Positions 18,959 through 29,142 of a stretch of 64,000 nucleotides of DNA are shown one piece after another. The notes beneath the pieces are model-generated. The model saw only the letters and a list, made by a program, of their open reading frames with translations, searched no databases and was not told where the DNA came from. The position numbers and the translations under genes were made by a program. Source of the DNA: a bacterium (GTDB taxonomy: Bacteria > UBA8248); NCBI GenBank assembly GCA_965207065.1, contig OZ242260.1, positions 1,088,001 through 1,152,000 on the forward strand, read 5' to 3'. How positions within the stretch are numbered: position 1 is the stretch's first letter; the number at the start of each line of letters is the position of its first letter.

Positions 18959-19978
18959 TTAGCTATAGGAAATCCTCGGGTCGAGCCATGCGTACAAGAT
19001 GTCGACCACGAGATTCACGAAAACGAAAACGAACGCCAGCAACGCTACCGCCGCCTGGACGATGGGGTAGTCCTGGTTGTTGATGGCGTCCACCACCAGA
19101 AAACCCACGCCCGGCCACGCGAAGACGGCTTCGGTCACCACCGTGCCGCCGAGCAGAATGCCCAGTTCGAAGCCCACCAGTGTGACGACGGGAATCGACG
19201 CGTTCTTGAGCGCGTGGCGCACCACCACGAGCCACTCCACGATTCCCTTCGAGCGCGCCGTACGCACGTAGTCCATGCCCAGCACGTCGAGCATCTGGGA
19301 GCGCACCAGACGCGTAATGCGCGCGGTGGCGTAAAGACCCGCCGTGATCGACGGCAGGATGATGTAATACCAGGCATCGTAACCCGACGTGGGCAGCCAG
19401 CCCAGATAAACGGCGAAGACGATGATAAGCACAAGACCGAGCCAGAAGTTCGGCATCGACTGGCCGAACATCGCACCGACCGAGCTGGTGTAGTCGATCC
19501 ACGTGTTGCGGAAAGTCGCCGACAAGACCCCGGCGGGTATGGAGATCACCACGGCGATCAGGACCGCCACAAGAGCTAAGAGAACCGTGTTCGGGAAATG
19601 CTCGAGCACGAGGCCCATCGCCGGTATCTCGTGGCGGTAGGAGAATCCGAAATCACCTCGAATCACGCCCTTGGTCCTGACGATCTTGGGCGCGTCGGGG
19701 TCGCGCTCGAGTTCATCGATTTTCTCTTTCTCTCTTTCGGAGCCGAGCAGATTATCCACCAGGTCCGAGCCCAGGATGAACTTGGCGAACTGGATCGGTA
19801 TGGGCTGATCGAAGCCCATCTCCTTGCTGAAGGCCTGGATGTCCTCATCCGTGGAATCGAGCGGCATGAGGACCGCTGCGGGGTTCCCGGTGATCTGGAG
19901 CATCGAGAAAACGATGATCAGTATCGCCCCGAACACGATGAAACTTTGCAGGCAGCGCCTGATGATATATGTGCGCAT
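18959..19978 (-). CDS. Peptide/nickel ABC permease (DppB-like)
   Basis: GDFGFSY, DYVRTARSKG, HALKNA, TEAVFAWPGVG. Confidence 0.93.
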   Translation of the reverse strand: MRTYIIRRCLQSFIVFGAILIIVFSMLQITGNPAAVLMPLDSTDEDIQAFSKEMGFDQPIPIQFAKFILGSDLVDNLLGSEREKEKIDELERDPDAPKIVRTKGVIRGDFGFSYRHEIPAMGLVLEHFPNTVLLALVAVLIAVVISIPAGVLSATFRNTWIDYTSSVGAMFGQSMPNFWLGLVLIIVFAVYLGWLPTSGYDAWYYIILPSITAGLYATARITRLVRSQMLDVLGMDYVRTARSKGIVEWLVVVRHALKNASIPVVTLVGFELGILLGGTVVTEAVFAWPGVGFLVVDAINNQDYPIVQAAVALLAFVFVFVNLVVDILYAWLDPRISYS

Positions 19979-20232
19979 GATGAAACCCTTGCCGATAAAC
20001 GATAAACAAATACAACGCCTTTATGTGAATCTCCATTTATCTCTTTCTTTCCCCGGCTCGTCAAGAGCCGTCATGCTTGCGCAAAACACAAATCCTTCCA
20101 ATTCTCGATACACCGTGCGGCTCTCCGCTTCATGGACAACGCGCGCTTCCGTTCTGTAGGATGCGGAAATTGCGATGCGCGTCCCCCCATACATGCGCGA
20201 TTCTTAGCTTCCATCACCGAAAGGAGACGTCC

Positions 20233-21216
20233 ATGAAACTCGCCACCTACCAGAACCTCTCGCCTGGCGCCACCGGAGACCGCTTGGGCGCCGTCCTGAA
20301 TGACGGGAGGATGCTCGACCTGCGGCTCGCCTATGCGAGCTATCTCGTGGAAAAAGAGGGGGAAGGACGTCCCTACGCCATGGCGAACGCGCGGATTCCC
20401 CGGGATATGCGTGATTTTCTCTGCGGCGGAGAACCGGCCATGGCGGCGGCGGGCGCGGCGCTCGGCCACGCTGAGGCGATGATCGCCGCCGGCGGAGAGC
20501 CTGCGGGGCCGGATGGCGAACTCGCCGCCCTGAAGGACAGGCACGTTCGCTTGAGGGCGCCGATCCCCCATCCCGGCAAGTTCTTCCACACCGGACTCAA
20601 CTCGAACAAGCATGTCGCGAACACGGGCCATTCGGTTCCCGAAAACGTGCCGGGCGCGCCGCGCTTCGACACTTCGCTCGTCGGCCACGAGGAGCCCGTA
20701 CTCTATCCCAAGCAGACAAAGATGCTGGATTATGAGGTGGAAGTCGGCTTCATCATCGGCAAACACTGCAAGGACGTGAAGCCCGAAAACGCCTTCGACG
20801 TCATTATGGGCTACACGGTATACAACGACATCACGGCGCGCGAGGTGCAGCGCTCCGCCGCTCTGGGCGGCGTGTTCCTTGGCAAGAACTTCGACACCAC
20901 TAATCCCATCGGCCCCTACATCGTCACCGCCGACGAGGTGCCGAACCCCGAATCGCTCCACGTGCAGTGCCGGGTGAACGGCAAGACGCGCCAGGATGAG
21001 CTGCTGACTGACATGATCTTCAAGATACCCGAGCTCATCGCCTTCTACAGCCAGATGTCGCTGGAGCCGGGAGACATCATCTCATCGGGCACGTTCTGCG
21101 GCGTGGCCCTGGAGCAGGAAGACCCGGAACCCTTCCTCCTCAAGCCGGGAGACGTTGTGGAATGCGAGGTCGAGCACGTGGGGGTGTTGAGAAACCCCAT
21201 CGTCGCCCAGGACTAG
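20233..21216 (+). CDS. Fumarylacetoacetate hydrolase (FAH) family protein
   Basis: ATG 20233 after AAGGAG; LDYEVEVG, NDITAR, GKNFD, GDIISSGT. Confidence 0.9.
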   Translation: MKLATYQNLSPGATGDRLGAVLNDGRMLDLRLAYASYLVEKEGEGRPYAMANARIPRDMRDFLCGGEPAMAAAGAALGHAEAMIAAGGEPAGPDGELAALKDRHVRLRAPIPHPGKFFHTGLNSNKHVANTGHSVPENVPGAPRFDTSLVGHEEPVLYPKQTKMLDYEVEVGFIIGKHCKDVKPENAFDVIMGYTVYNDITAREVQRSAALGGVFLGKNFDTTNPIGPYIVTADEVPNPESLHVQCRVNGKTRQDELLTDMIFKIPELIAFYSQMSLEPGDIISSGTFCGVALEQEDPEPFLLKPGDVVECEVEHVGVLRNPIVAQD

Positions 21217-21217
21217 A

Positions 21218-22201
21218 TCAGACGGAGACGCCCAGGGTTTTACGCACCGCCGCGATGACTTTCTCCGTGCTGGGGAGCACGAATTTCTCGAGTTTCGTCT
21301 GAACGGGAATCGGCGCCATGAGCGCGGCCACGCGGCCGATGGGCGCGTCGAGGTACTCGAAGACCGCCTCCTGTATGGCGGCTGAAATCTCGGCCCCCAC
21401 GCCGCTCCTCAGGTGACCTTCTTCAACGATGACGCAGCGGCTCGTCTTGCGCACGGAGGCCGTGATGGTCTCCACGTCCAGGGGCGTGAGCGAGCGCGGG
21501 TCGATGACCTCGCACTCGATTCCCTCTCCCGCCAGAGCCTCCGCCGCCTCCAGGCAATGGCCCATCTGATAGCCGATTCCCACAATGGTGGCGTCCGCTC
21601 CCGCTCGCTTCAATTCGGCCACGCCGATGGGGGTGGTGTGATCGCCCTCGGGAACGTCTTGTTTCGTCTTTTGCGCGTAGAGCAGCCTGTGTTCGATGAA
21701 CATGACCGGGTTGTCGTCCCGGACGGCGGCCTTGAGCAGTCCCTTGGCGTCGGTAGGACAGCTTGGGTAGAGGACCTTCAGGCCCGGCACCTGCATGAAC
21801 CACGCTTCGAGCGACTGCCCGTGCGTCGCGCCGTACTGAAGACCCGCGCCGCTGGGTATCCGCGCCACCATGGGCACCGAGAGCTGTCCCCCGAGCATGT
21901 AGCGCAGCTTCGCCGCCTGGTTCACGATGGGGTCGAGCGCGTAGGTCGCGAAATCCATGAATCGCAAATCCACGATGGGGCGAAAGCCCGCCATCGCCGC
22001 GCCCACGCCTGCGCCCGTGAAGCCGAGTTCGCAGATGGGCGTATCGCGCACCCGGTCGCGGCCGAAGCGATCGGCCAGCCCCGAGCACACGCCGAAATAA
22101 TCGAACGCCACGTCCTCGCCCATGAGGAACACCTTCTCATCGCGCGCCATTTCTTCATGGAGCGCCTCGTTCAGGGCTTCGACGTATGTGAGTTCAGGCA
22201 T
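21218..22201 (-). CDS. TPP-dependent dehydrogenase E1 beta subunit (AcoB/PdhB-like), copy 1
   Basis: LMGEDV, RVRDTPICE, ATHGQSLEAW, DPRSLTPLD. Confidence 0.92.
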   Translation of the reverse strand: MPELTYVEALNEALHEEMARDEKVFLMGEDVAFDYFGVCSGLADRFGRDRVRDTPICELGFTGAGVGAAMAGFRPIVDLRFMDFATYALDPIVNQAAKLRYMLGGQLSVPMVARIPSGAGLQYGATHGQSLEAWFMQVPGLKVLYPSCPTDAKGLLKAAVRDDNPVMFIEHRLLYAQKTKQDVPEGDHTTPIGVAELKRAGADATIVGIGYQMGHCLEAAEALAGEGIECEVIDPRSLTPLDVETITASVRKTSRCVIVEEGHLRSGVGAEISAAIQEAVFEYLDAPIGRVAALMAPIPVQTKLEKFVLPSTEKVIAAVRKTLGVSV

Positions 22202-22212
22202 CCCGGGTATCC

Positions 22213-23181
22213 TCAGGCGAAGATGTCCTCGAGCGCCACGCTTTCTTCGGGCTCGGGACTGCTCTCCGCAAACTCGATTGCCTCTTTAATCTCCGCTTCC
22301 ACCGCGTCGGCATGCGCCTTCTTCTGCTTCGCTGTCATCTTGAGCATCTTCTCGCACACGATGAGGGGGTCTCTCCCTTTCCAGCCCTCCCATTCCTCTT
22401 TCGTCCGGTACATGCCGTAGTGCGGATCGCCGCGCGAGTGGCCGAAAAACCGGTAGGTCTTCCCCTCGATGAGGCTCGGCCCCAGACCACGCCGCGCGTG
22501 GGCTACGGCCTCGCGGCTCGCCTCGTAGACCGCCGCCACGTCCATGCCGTCCACCGTCAGGCCGGGAGCGTCGTAGCCCTTCGAGCGCACGCTGATGTCC
22601 TCCACCGATGTGGAATACTCCGCCGGCACGCTGACGGCGTACTGGTTGTTCTCGCAGAAAAAGACCACAGGCAGCTTCCAGATGGCGCACAGGTTCATCG
22701 CCTCGTGAAACGCTCCGTTGTTCGAAGCCCCGTCACCGAAAAAGACCACCGCCACCTGGCCTTTCCCTTCGAGTTGATACGCGAGGCCGATGCCCGCCGC
22801 CATCGGCATGTTCGCCCCCACGATGGAATGCGCCCCGTAGTGGCCCTTCGATACGTCGGCAATGTGCATCGAGCCGCCCTTGGAGCGGCAAAGGCCGGTC
22901 ACCTTGCCCATGAGTTCGGCCAGCATCTCGGGCAGGCGCGTTCCCTTGGCGATGGAGTGTCCATGCCCCCGGTGGGTGGTGAGCACGGCGTCGTCCTCCC
23001 GCAAGGCCGCGCATACGCCTGCGGAGCACGCCTCCTGCCCGATGCTCACATGCACGCCGCCCACGACCTTGCCCGCCATGTAGAGGTCGTCCGCCGTCTC
23101 TTCGAAGCGGCGGATCCGGAGCATGGTGCGATACATTTCGCCCAGGCGTTTTCGCGATAACCTGGAAGTCGACCTGGCCAA
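22213..23181 (-). CDS. TPP-dependent dehydrogenase E1 alpha subunit (AcoA/PdhA-like), copy 1
   Basis: THRGHGH, GGSMH, GDGA...ENN TPP motif, TYRFFGHS. Confidence 0.92.
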   Translation of the reverse strand: MARSTSRLSRKRLGEMYRTMLRIRRFEETADDLYMAGKVVGGVHVSIGQEACSAGVCAALREDDAVLTTHRGHGHSIAKGTRLPEMLAELMGKVTGLCRSKGGSMHIADVSKGHYGAHSIVGANMPMAAGIGLAYQLEGKGQVAVVFFGDGASNNGAFHEAMNLCAIWKLPVVFFCENNQYAVSVPAEYSTSVEDISVRSKGYDAPGLTVDGMDVAAVYEASREAVAHARRGLGPSLIEGKTYRFFGHSRGDPHYGMYRTKEEWEGWKGRDPLIVCEKMLKMTAKQKKAHADAVEAEIKEAIEFAESSPEPEESVALEDIFA

Positions 23182-23192
23182 GTAGGATTCCT

Positions 23193-24179
23193 CTATGAAA
23201 GGACTTTTTTCGCCGCGGCCACGATCTTCTCCGTGCTGGGCAGGACGATGGCTTCGAGTTTTGTGTGAACGGGAACGGGAACGTCGAGGGCCGCCACGCG
23301 GTTAATGGGAGTCTTGAGCGCGCCAAAGGCCGCCTCCTGCAACGAGGCCGCGATCTCGGCGCCCACGCCGCCGCTTTTGTGCCCTTCTTCGGCTACGACA
23401 CAACGGCCCGTTTTTCGCACCGATTCCGCAATCCCCTCAACATCCAGGGGATTGATGGTCCTGGGGTCCACCACCTCGGCGTCGACCCCCTCGCCCGCAA
23501 GCAACTCCGCGGCTTCCAGGCAACTGCGCGCCTGGCTTCCGATGCCGATCAAGGTGATGTCACTACCTTCTCTTTTGACCGCCGCTTTGCCGATGGGCTC
23601 GGTATGGTCACCCTCCGGCACAGGGCCTTCCAGAGAGTAGAGCGCACGATACTCCACGAAGAGCACCGGGTTGTCCTCCCGGATCGCTGATTTCAATAGC
23701 CCTTTCGCGTCGGCGGGGTCGCTCGGCACGATAACGCGCAGGCCCGGCACCTGGATGAACCAGGCTTCGAGACACTGGCTGTGCGTCGGGCCGTTCTGGG
23801 AACCGCCGCCCTCTGGCGCCCGGATGACCAGCGGGATGCTCACCTGCCCGCCGAGCATATAGCGCAGCTTGGCCGCCTGGTTCGCGATGGGATCGATTGC
23901 CAGCATCATGAAATCGATGCGCCGCATATCGAGCACGGGCCGATAGCCCGCCATCGCGGCGCCTACGGCCGCTCCGGTGAAGCCAAGTTCGCTGATGGGC
24001 GTGTTGCGAACCCGCTCGTGGCCGAACCTGTCGCCCAGACCCGCCGTGGCGGGCGAAATGGCGGAGAGCGCGACGTCTTCCCCCATCAGGAACACTTTTT
24101 CGTCGCGCGCCATCTCCTCATGGAGCGCCTCGTTGATCGCTGTCGAATATGAAATGGTGCGCGTCTTCACATCAGGCAT
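23193..24179 (-). CDS. TPP-dependent dehydrogenase E1 beta subunit, copy 2
   Basis: Same motifs as copy 1; ATG 24179 (MPDVKT). Confidence 0.92.
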   Translation of the reverse strand: MPDVKTRTISYSTAINEALHEEMARDEKVFLMGEDVALSAISPATAGLGDRFGHERVRNTPISELGFTGAAVGAAMAGYRPVLDMRRIDFMMLAIDPIANQAAKLRYMLGGQVSIPLVIRAPEGGGSQNGPTHSQCLEAWFIQVPGLRVIVPSDPADAKGLLKSAIREDNPVLFVEYRALYSLEGPVPEGDHTEPIGKAAVKREGSDITLIGIGSQARSCLEAAELLAGEGVDAEVVDPRTINPLDVEGIAESVRKTGRCVVAEEGHKSGGVGAEIAASLQEAAFGALKTPINRVAALDVPVPVHTKLEAIVLPSTEKIVAAAKKVLS

Positions 24180-25140
24180 ATAAATCCTCATACACATCGT
24201 CGGGTTCGGGTTCGGGACTTTGCCGCGCGAAGGCGAGCGCATCTTTCAATTCATTTTCCACTGCTTCATCGTGCGCTTTTTTCTCCTCCTCGCTCACGCC
24301 GAGTATCTTCTCCGCCACGAGGAGGGGGTCTTTCGCCTTCCACTCGTTCCACTCCTCCTCCGTGCGGTACGGTCCGAACTGCGGGTCTTTTCTCGAATGA
24401 CCGAAATACCGGTAGGTCTTCGCCTCGACGAGGCTGGGGCCCAGGCCCCTCCTCGCGCGATCCACGGCCTCCACCATCACCTCATGGACCGCCAGCACGT
24501 CCATGCCGTCCACCGTCACGCCGGGTATGTCGTATCCTCCCGCACGCGCGCTGATGTCCGCCACCGAGGTGGCGTACCCCACCCGCGTGCTCGAGGCGAA
24601 GTGGTTGTTCTCGCAAAAGAAGATGACGGGGAGTTTCCATATCGCGGCCAGATTCATCGACTCGTGAAAGCTGCCCTCGTTCGCTGCGCCGTCGCCGAAG
24701 AAGATGACCGCCACCTGGCCCTTGCCCTCGAAATGAAAGGCGAGGCCGATGCCCACTCCCATGGGCATGTTCGAGCCCACGATGGAATGCGCGCCATAGT
24801 GGCCCTTCGACACGTCGGCGATATGCATGGAGCCGCCCTTGGCGTGGCAAAGACCGGTCGCCTTGCCCAGAAGCTCCGCCATCATCTCGGGCAGGCGCGT
24901 TCCCTTGGCGATGGAATGGCCGTGGCCCCGGTGGGTGGTGAGAATCGCATCGTCTTCGCGGAGCGTGCTGCACGCGCCGACCGAGCAGCCCTCCTGCCCG
25001 ATGCTCACGTGGATGCCGCCCACCACCTCGCCTTGTTCGAACAACTCGAACGCCGTCTCCTCGAAGCGGCGTATGCGCAGCATATCGCGGTACATCGTCT
25101 GCATGCGCTCATCACTCAGAGGCGCTTTTTCTTCAGACAA
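24172..25140 (-). CDS. TPP-dependent dehydrogenase E1 alpha subunit, copy 2
   Basis: THRGHGH, GDGAANEG..ENN; probable TTG start at 25140 after GGAG. Confidence 0.9.
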   Translation of the reverse strand: MSEEKAPLSDERMQTMYRDMLRIRRFEETAFELFEQGEVVGGIHVSIGQEGCSVGACSTLREDDAILTTHRGHGHSIAKGTRLPEMMAELLGKATGLCHAKGGSMHIADVSKGHYGAHSIVGSNMPMGVGIGLAFHFEGKGQVAVIFFGDGAANEGSFHESMNLAAIWKLPVIFFCENNHFASSTRVGYATSVADISARAGGYDIPGVTVDGMDVLAVHEVMVEAVDRARRGLGPSLVEAKTYRYFGHSRKDPQFGPYRTEEEWNEWKAKDPLLVAEKILGVSEEEKKAHDEAVENELKDALAFARQSPEPEPDDVYEDLYA

Positions 25141-25223
25141 TAGATGTTCTCCTTGTGCTGGAGGATTAAGTTTTTCATCCGGAGTTTTTAAGATTCTCAC
25201 AAATCAGCCCGTCGGGCCAGCGC

Positions 25224-25631
25224 TCAGCCGGATTTCGCCTTTTCCTCTTCGGCCTGCTCGTCGGCGATGCGCTTGAGGGCGTAGAGGCCTTCCATCAGCA
25301 CGGGCGCGCCGCCGCCGATGCTGGCCACCTCGAACGCCTCGAGCGCCTCTTCCATCGTCGCGCCCAGGCGCAGCGCCTTTTTCGTATGGGTGTAGACCTC
25401 ATGCTTCATGCCCTTGAATGCCAGCAGTCCGATTTCGATGAGTTCACGCGTCTTTGGCTCCAGATGGCGCGGCTTCTCCTTGAAAAACCCCCAGTGCATC
25501 TGCGAGTAAATCTCGAAATAATCCGGGTCCAGTTGCGCGCCGAAGCCGAGCACGTCATACACGAACCCCCTGTCGCCATGAATCTTCTCCGTAATGCGTT
25601 TTACCTTTTCCTCTCTGGTTTCTTCCGCCAT
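25224..25631 (-). CDS. Carboxymuconolactone decarboxylase/AhpD-like family protein
   Basis: LEPKTRELIEIGLLA, HTKKALRLGATMEEALEA; no CxxC. Confidence 0.85.
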   Translation of the reverse strand: MAEETREEKVKRITEKIHGDRGFVYDVLGFGAQLDPDYFEIYSQMHWGFFKEKPRHLEPKTRELIEIGLLAFKGMKHEVYTHTKKALRLGATMEEALEAFEVASIGGGAPVLMEGLYALKRIADEQAEEEKAKSG

Positions 25632-25704
25632 TTTCTTCTCCTTATGGGAACAAGATAAAGGCGGAGGCCTCCGAGTCAGGAAACCCCCGCCTTAAAAAGC
25701 AGTC

Positions 25705-26880
25705 CTACGCCGTACCGAACCTGTCCATCCACCAGTCCGCGATCCACTCGCCGCACATCGGGAGGTTGTCGAACACGCAGTGCTGGCTGCCGCCGTCCTC
25801 GACGGTGAATATCTTGAGCTCTTTTTCCTTCGAGCCGCACGCCTCATAGAGCCTGTGGGCCATATCGACCGGCACGATGTTGTCGTCCTGCCCGTGTGTG
25901 ATGCAGATGGGCATGCGTATCTTCTCGGCGACGCCCGCCAGTGTGTAGGCCCTGCATTTTTCCATCGCGGTATCCATGTCCGGTGTCCCAAGCACCCATG
26001 GCAGTTGCCAGATGGCCGAAGAGGAGATGGTGCCGCCGCTTTCCAGCACCTTTCTCCTGTGCTCCCAGACCTCGTGGTAGTCGAAATGCGCCCCCCATGT
26101 GAGGCACGCCGCGTAGCGGTGCTCGAAGGCGGCGATGCGCGGCGCGTAATATCCGCCCATGCTCATGGCCATCAAGCCGATGCGAGCAGAATCCACCTCG
26201 GGACGCGCGTCCAGAAAATCGAACGCAGCGGACCCCGCCACCTCGTAATCGAATCGGCTCGGTATCTTGCGCAGCCTGAGCGTCTCGCCCTGTCCGGGGC
26301 CGTCCACGCAGAGCACCCCGACGCCGCGCTCTATCAAGGCGAGCGCGCCCCACAAGACGGTAATCTCTTTCGAGCCGTCCAGCCCGTCGAAAAAGGCGAC
26401 GTAAGGGTCATTGCCCGTCGGATTTTTCGGCGGAAGGAGGTACGCCGCCAGAGGACCTTCCTCGTAGGGTACGTCCACACGCTCGAATCCGGGCACGCGG
26501 TATTTCATCCCCTTCTCGTAATGGGGCAGGAGTTTTCCGTAGGATTCGGACTTTCTCGGGTCGTCGGGATGGACGAAGCGCTCGCTCGCGTAGCGGTAAA
26601 TCGCGCTCCGCACGTAGGCCGCCATGGCGGTACGCGTGTGGCCCTTTCGCTCCTCGTTTTCCGCGCGGGCCAGCGTCTTGTCAGACATCCAGGACCAGGC
26701 ATCGTGCCATGCCTCGGCGTCGCCGGAGCGTCCGCTCAGGCGTTTTCCGATCTGATCGAGTTCGTGGAAGTTCGAGCCCCCCATCGGGGAGATGTTGATT
26801 TGCCCGCTCATCAACTGCGACCACAGGTAGTGGTCCGGAAAATACCGAAACCACGAGCCGATAATATTCTCCGCCGCCAT
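25705..26880 (-). CDS. Alpha/beta-hydrolase, 2,6-dihydroxypseudooxynicotine hydrolase/FrsA-like
   Basis: WFRYFPDHYLWS, DGLD, DGPGQGE, AMSMGGYYAPR, SQHC. Confidence 0.88.
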   Translation of the reverse strand: MAAENIIGSWFRYFPDHYLWSQLMSGQINISPMGGSNFHELDQIGKRLSGRSGDAEAWHDAWSWMSDKTLARAENEERKGHTRTAMAAYVRSAIYRYASERFVHPDDPRKSESYGKLLPHYEKGMKYRVPGFERVDVPYEEGPLAAYLLPPKNPTGNDPYVAFFDGLDGSKEITVLWGALALIERGVGVLCVDGPGQGETLRLRKIPSRFDYEVAGSAAFDFLDARPEVDSARIGLMAMSMGGYYAPRIAAFEHRYAACLTWGAHFDYHEVWEHRRKVLESGGTISSSAIWQLPWVLGTPDMDTAMEKCRAYTLAGVAEKIRMPICITHGQDDNIVPVDMAHRLYEACGSKEKELKIFTVEDGGSQHCVFDNLPMCGEWIADWWMDRFGTA

Positions 26881-27130
26881 GAAAACCCTCCTTTGATTCA
26901 TTTGTAATCATGAATTGTGTGTGCTGGAACCATACACGCAACGCCCGCGCGCTCACAAGGAAACTTTGTGGCGGAGCACCCGCCCAAGCTTTGACGCTTG
27001 ATTCGCAACCATGATAAATTTTGATTTACAAGAGCAGATAAATAAAATTCTAAGTGATTGAAAAGATGAGTTTTCATCTTCACCGGAGTAGGTTGATAAA
27101 CCTGTTCAATTCCTTAAAGGAGGAAAACGA

Positions 27131-28660
27131 ATGCGGAAGTTTCTCGTAATCATGGCCGTCTTCGCCATTCTGGCGGTGGGCGCGCCCCTGACGGCGCATG
27201 CGAAAAGCACCGTCACCATCGCCCTCTCGGGCGAACCACCGACAATGGACCCGCACCGCGTCTCGAACTTCGTCGGCGCGATGGTCTGGCGTTGGAGCTA
27301 CGACACCCTTCTTCACGCCGAGACCGGAACGGGCGCGAAAAAGCCCTGGCTCGCCACGAAGTGGGTGCAACTCTCTCCCCTGAAATGGAAGTTCAGCCTG
27401 AGAAAGGGCGTCAAGTTCTCGGATGGCTCGCCCTTCACGGCGGAGAGCTTCAAGTACACCATAAGCCGTGTCCAGAAGTCCGCGCGGCAGAGACAGTACT
27501 TCAAGAACATCGATAAGATCGAAGTCATCGACGACCACACCTTCATCTATCACAACAAAGAACCCGACGGCGGCATGTGGAACCGTCTGACCCGCTGGGC
27601 CGGCCCCATCAGCCTGAAGACCAAGGGCATGGAACTCGCCCACATCTCGCGCAACACCTACGGCACGGGTCCCTACATTCTGAAATCCTGGACCAAGGGC
27701 CAGAAGATGGTGTTCGATGCGAACCCGAACTGGTGGAACAACAAGAACTTCCCGAAACGGCCGCAGCGCATCGTCCTCCGCCGCATCCGCGAGAGCGCCA
27801 CGCGCGCCAAGGCGCTTCAGGCGGGCGAGATCGACGTGGCCTGGGGCATCATGCCGCAATTCATCCCCCAACTCGAGAAAAACCCGAAGACGAAAGTCGC
27901 CGTCGTCCCCGCCGTGCGCATCATGCACATGGGCTTCTTCACGAAACACGGCGGCCCGATGGCCAACGTGAAGGTGCGTAGAGCAATCAACTACGCCATC
28001 GACGCGGAAGCGATTCGCACGACCATCCTGGGCGGACGCGCCGACCTCTTCGGCCAGATGCTCCACCCGTGGAACTACTCGGGCTACAACCCGAAGAAAA
28101 AATGGTACGGCTACGACCAGGCCAAGGCGAAAGCCCTCCTGAAGGAAGCCGGCTACGAAAAGGGCTTCAAAATGGAAGTCATCGCCACGAACGGCCGCTA
28201 CCCGGGCGACAAGGCCACTTGTGAGGCCATCGCCGGCATGGTCAAGAAAGTCGGCGTGGACGCTACGTGTAACTCCCAGCGCTTCCCGCTCTTCAAGAAG
28301 CTGCACCGCGCCTACAAGGCCGGCAAGAAAAAAGGCGCCGCCGCCTACTACATGGGCTTCGGCAACGGCCAGGGCGACTCCACTTCCGTGCTTCGCGGAA
28401 CGTCGAGCTGCAAGGGCCCCTGGAGCGGCATGTGCTATCCGGAGCTGGATAAGGCGATCGACGCGGCCACGGCCACCGTCGACCCGAAAAAACAGCAGAT
28501 GGCGTTCGAAGGTGTAACCGACTTGATGAAAAAACTGGTCACGCACAAGATCGTCGTGAAGATCCACGACGTGCTCGGCCATGGCTCGAACCTGAAATGG
28601 ATCCCGCGCCACGACGAAACACTCCTCCCCTGGGAAATCGGAGTGCTCGGCATGAACTAA
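27131..28660 (+). CDS. ABC transporter substrate-binding protein family 5, copy 1
   Basis: Signal peptide; PWLATKW, LRKGVKFSDG, GTGPY, VRRAINYAID. Confidence 0.93.
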   Translation: MRKFLVIMAVFAILAVGAPLTAHAKSTVTIALSGEPPTMDPHRVSNFVGAMVWRWSYDTLLHAETGTGAKKPWLATKWVQLSPLKWKFSLRKGVKFSDGSPFTAESFKYTISRVQKSARQRQYFKNIDKIEVIDDHTFIYHNKEPDGGMWNRLTRWAGPISLKTKGMELAHISRNTYGTGPYILKSWTKGQKMVFDANPNWWNNKNFPKRPQRIVLRRIRESATRAKALQAGEIDVAWGIMPQFIPQLEKNPKTKVAVVPAVRIMHMGFFTKHGGPMANVKVRRAINYAIDAEAIRTTILGGRADLFGQMLHPWNYSGYNPKKKWYGYDQAKAKALLKEAGYEKGFKMEVIATNGRYPGDKATCEAIAGMVKKVGVDATCNSQRFPLFKKLHRAYKAGKKKGAAAYYMGFGNGQGDSTSVLRGTSSCKGPWSGMCYPELDKAIDAATATVDPKKQQMAFEGVTDLMKKLVTHKIVVKIHDVLGHGSNLKWIPRHDETLLPWEIGVLGMN

Positions 28661-28683
28661 GCGGGCTTTTTTCGCTTCACCAC

Positions 28684-28722
28684 GCCGCGGGGGGTGGCTC
28701 GACGCCCCCCGCGGTTTTTTTT
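28684..28722 (+). terminator. Rho-independent terminator
   Basis: GCCGCGGGGGG..CCCCCCGCGG stem followed by T-run. Confidence 0.8.
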
Positions 28723-28761
28723 CTAACCTTCACGGATAAAACGCATTATAGAGGTTCAAAT

Positions 28762-28857
28762 ATGAAATTCGGCATCTTTCTGTCCGCTCAGCAACTGCGG
28801 CCAAAGATAGCGCTCCCCGTAATTCCAAAACCACGAGCCGATTACGTTCTCCACCAT
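28762..28857. pseudogene. Duplication junction: LLM 5' remnant (+) fused to hydrolase 5' remnant (-)
   Basis: + MKFGIFLSAQQ equals the start of the 30772 gene; - MVENVIGSWFWNYGERYLWPQLLSGQ resembles the start of the 26880 gene. Confidence 0.8.
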
Positions 28858-29142
28858 GAAGCCTCCTCCTCGTGGAAACGTCGGACGCATTCATACATTT
28901 CGCGGTGCGGGGAAGATGCACACGATGTCCCCGCTTTCACAACGAAACACCTCACGCTCACCCGAAACCCCGGCGGCGATAAGTCGTTCCCTTGCTTTGA
29001 CGCTCTATTTGCATCCGTGATAGATTCCTTTAATACAATACAAAGGAAAATAAACGACTCGACACTCTCTGGACTTTCAGAGGTTTTTGCATCTTCACTG
29101 GAGTAGGTTTTTGTAACCTGTCCTTCTAAAGGAGGAAAGACC

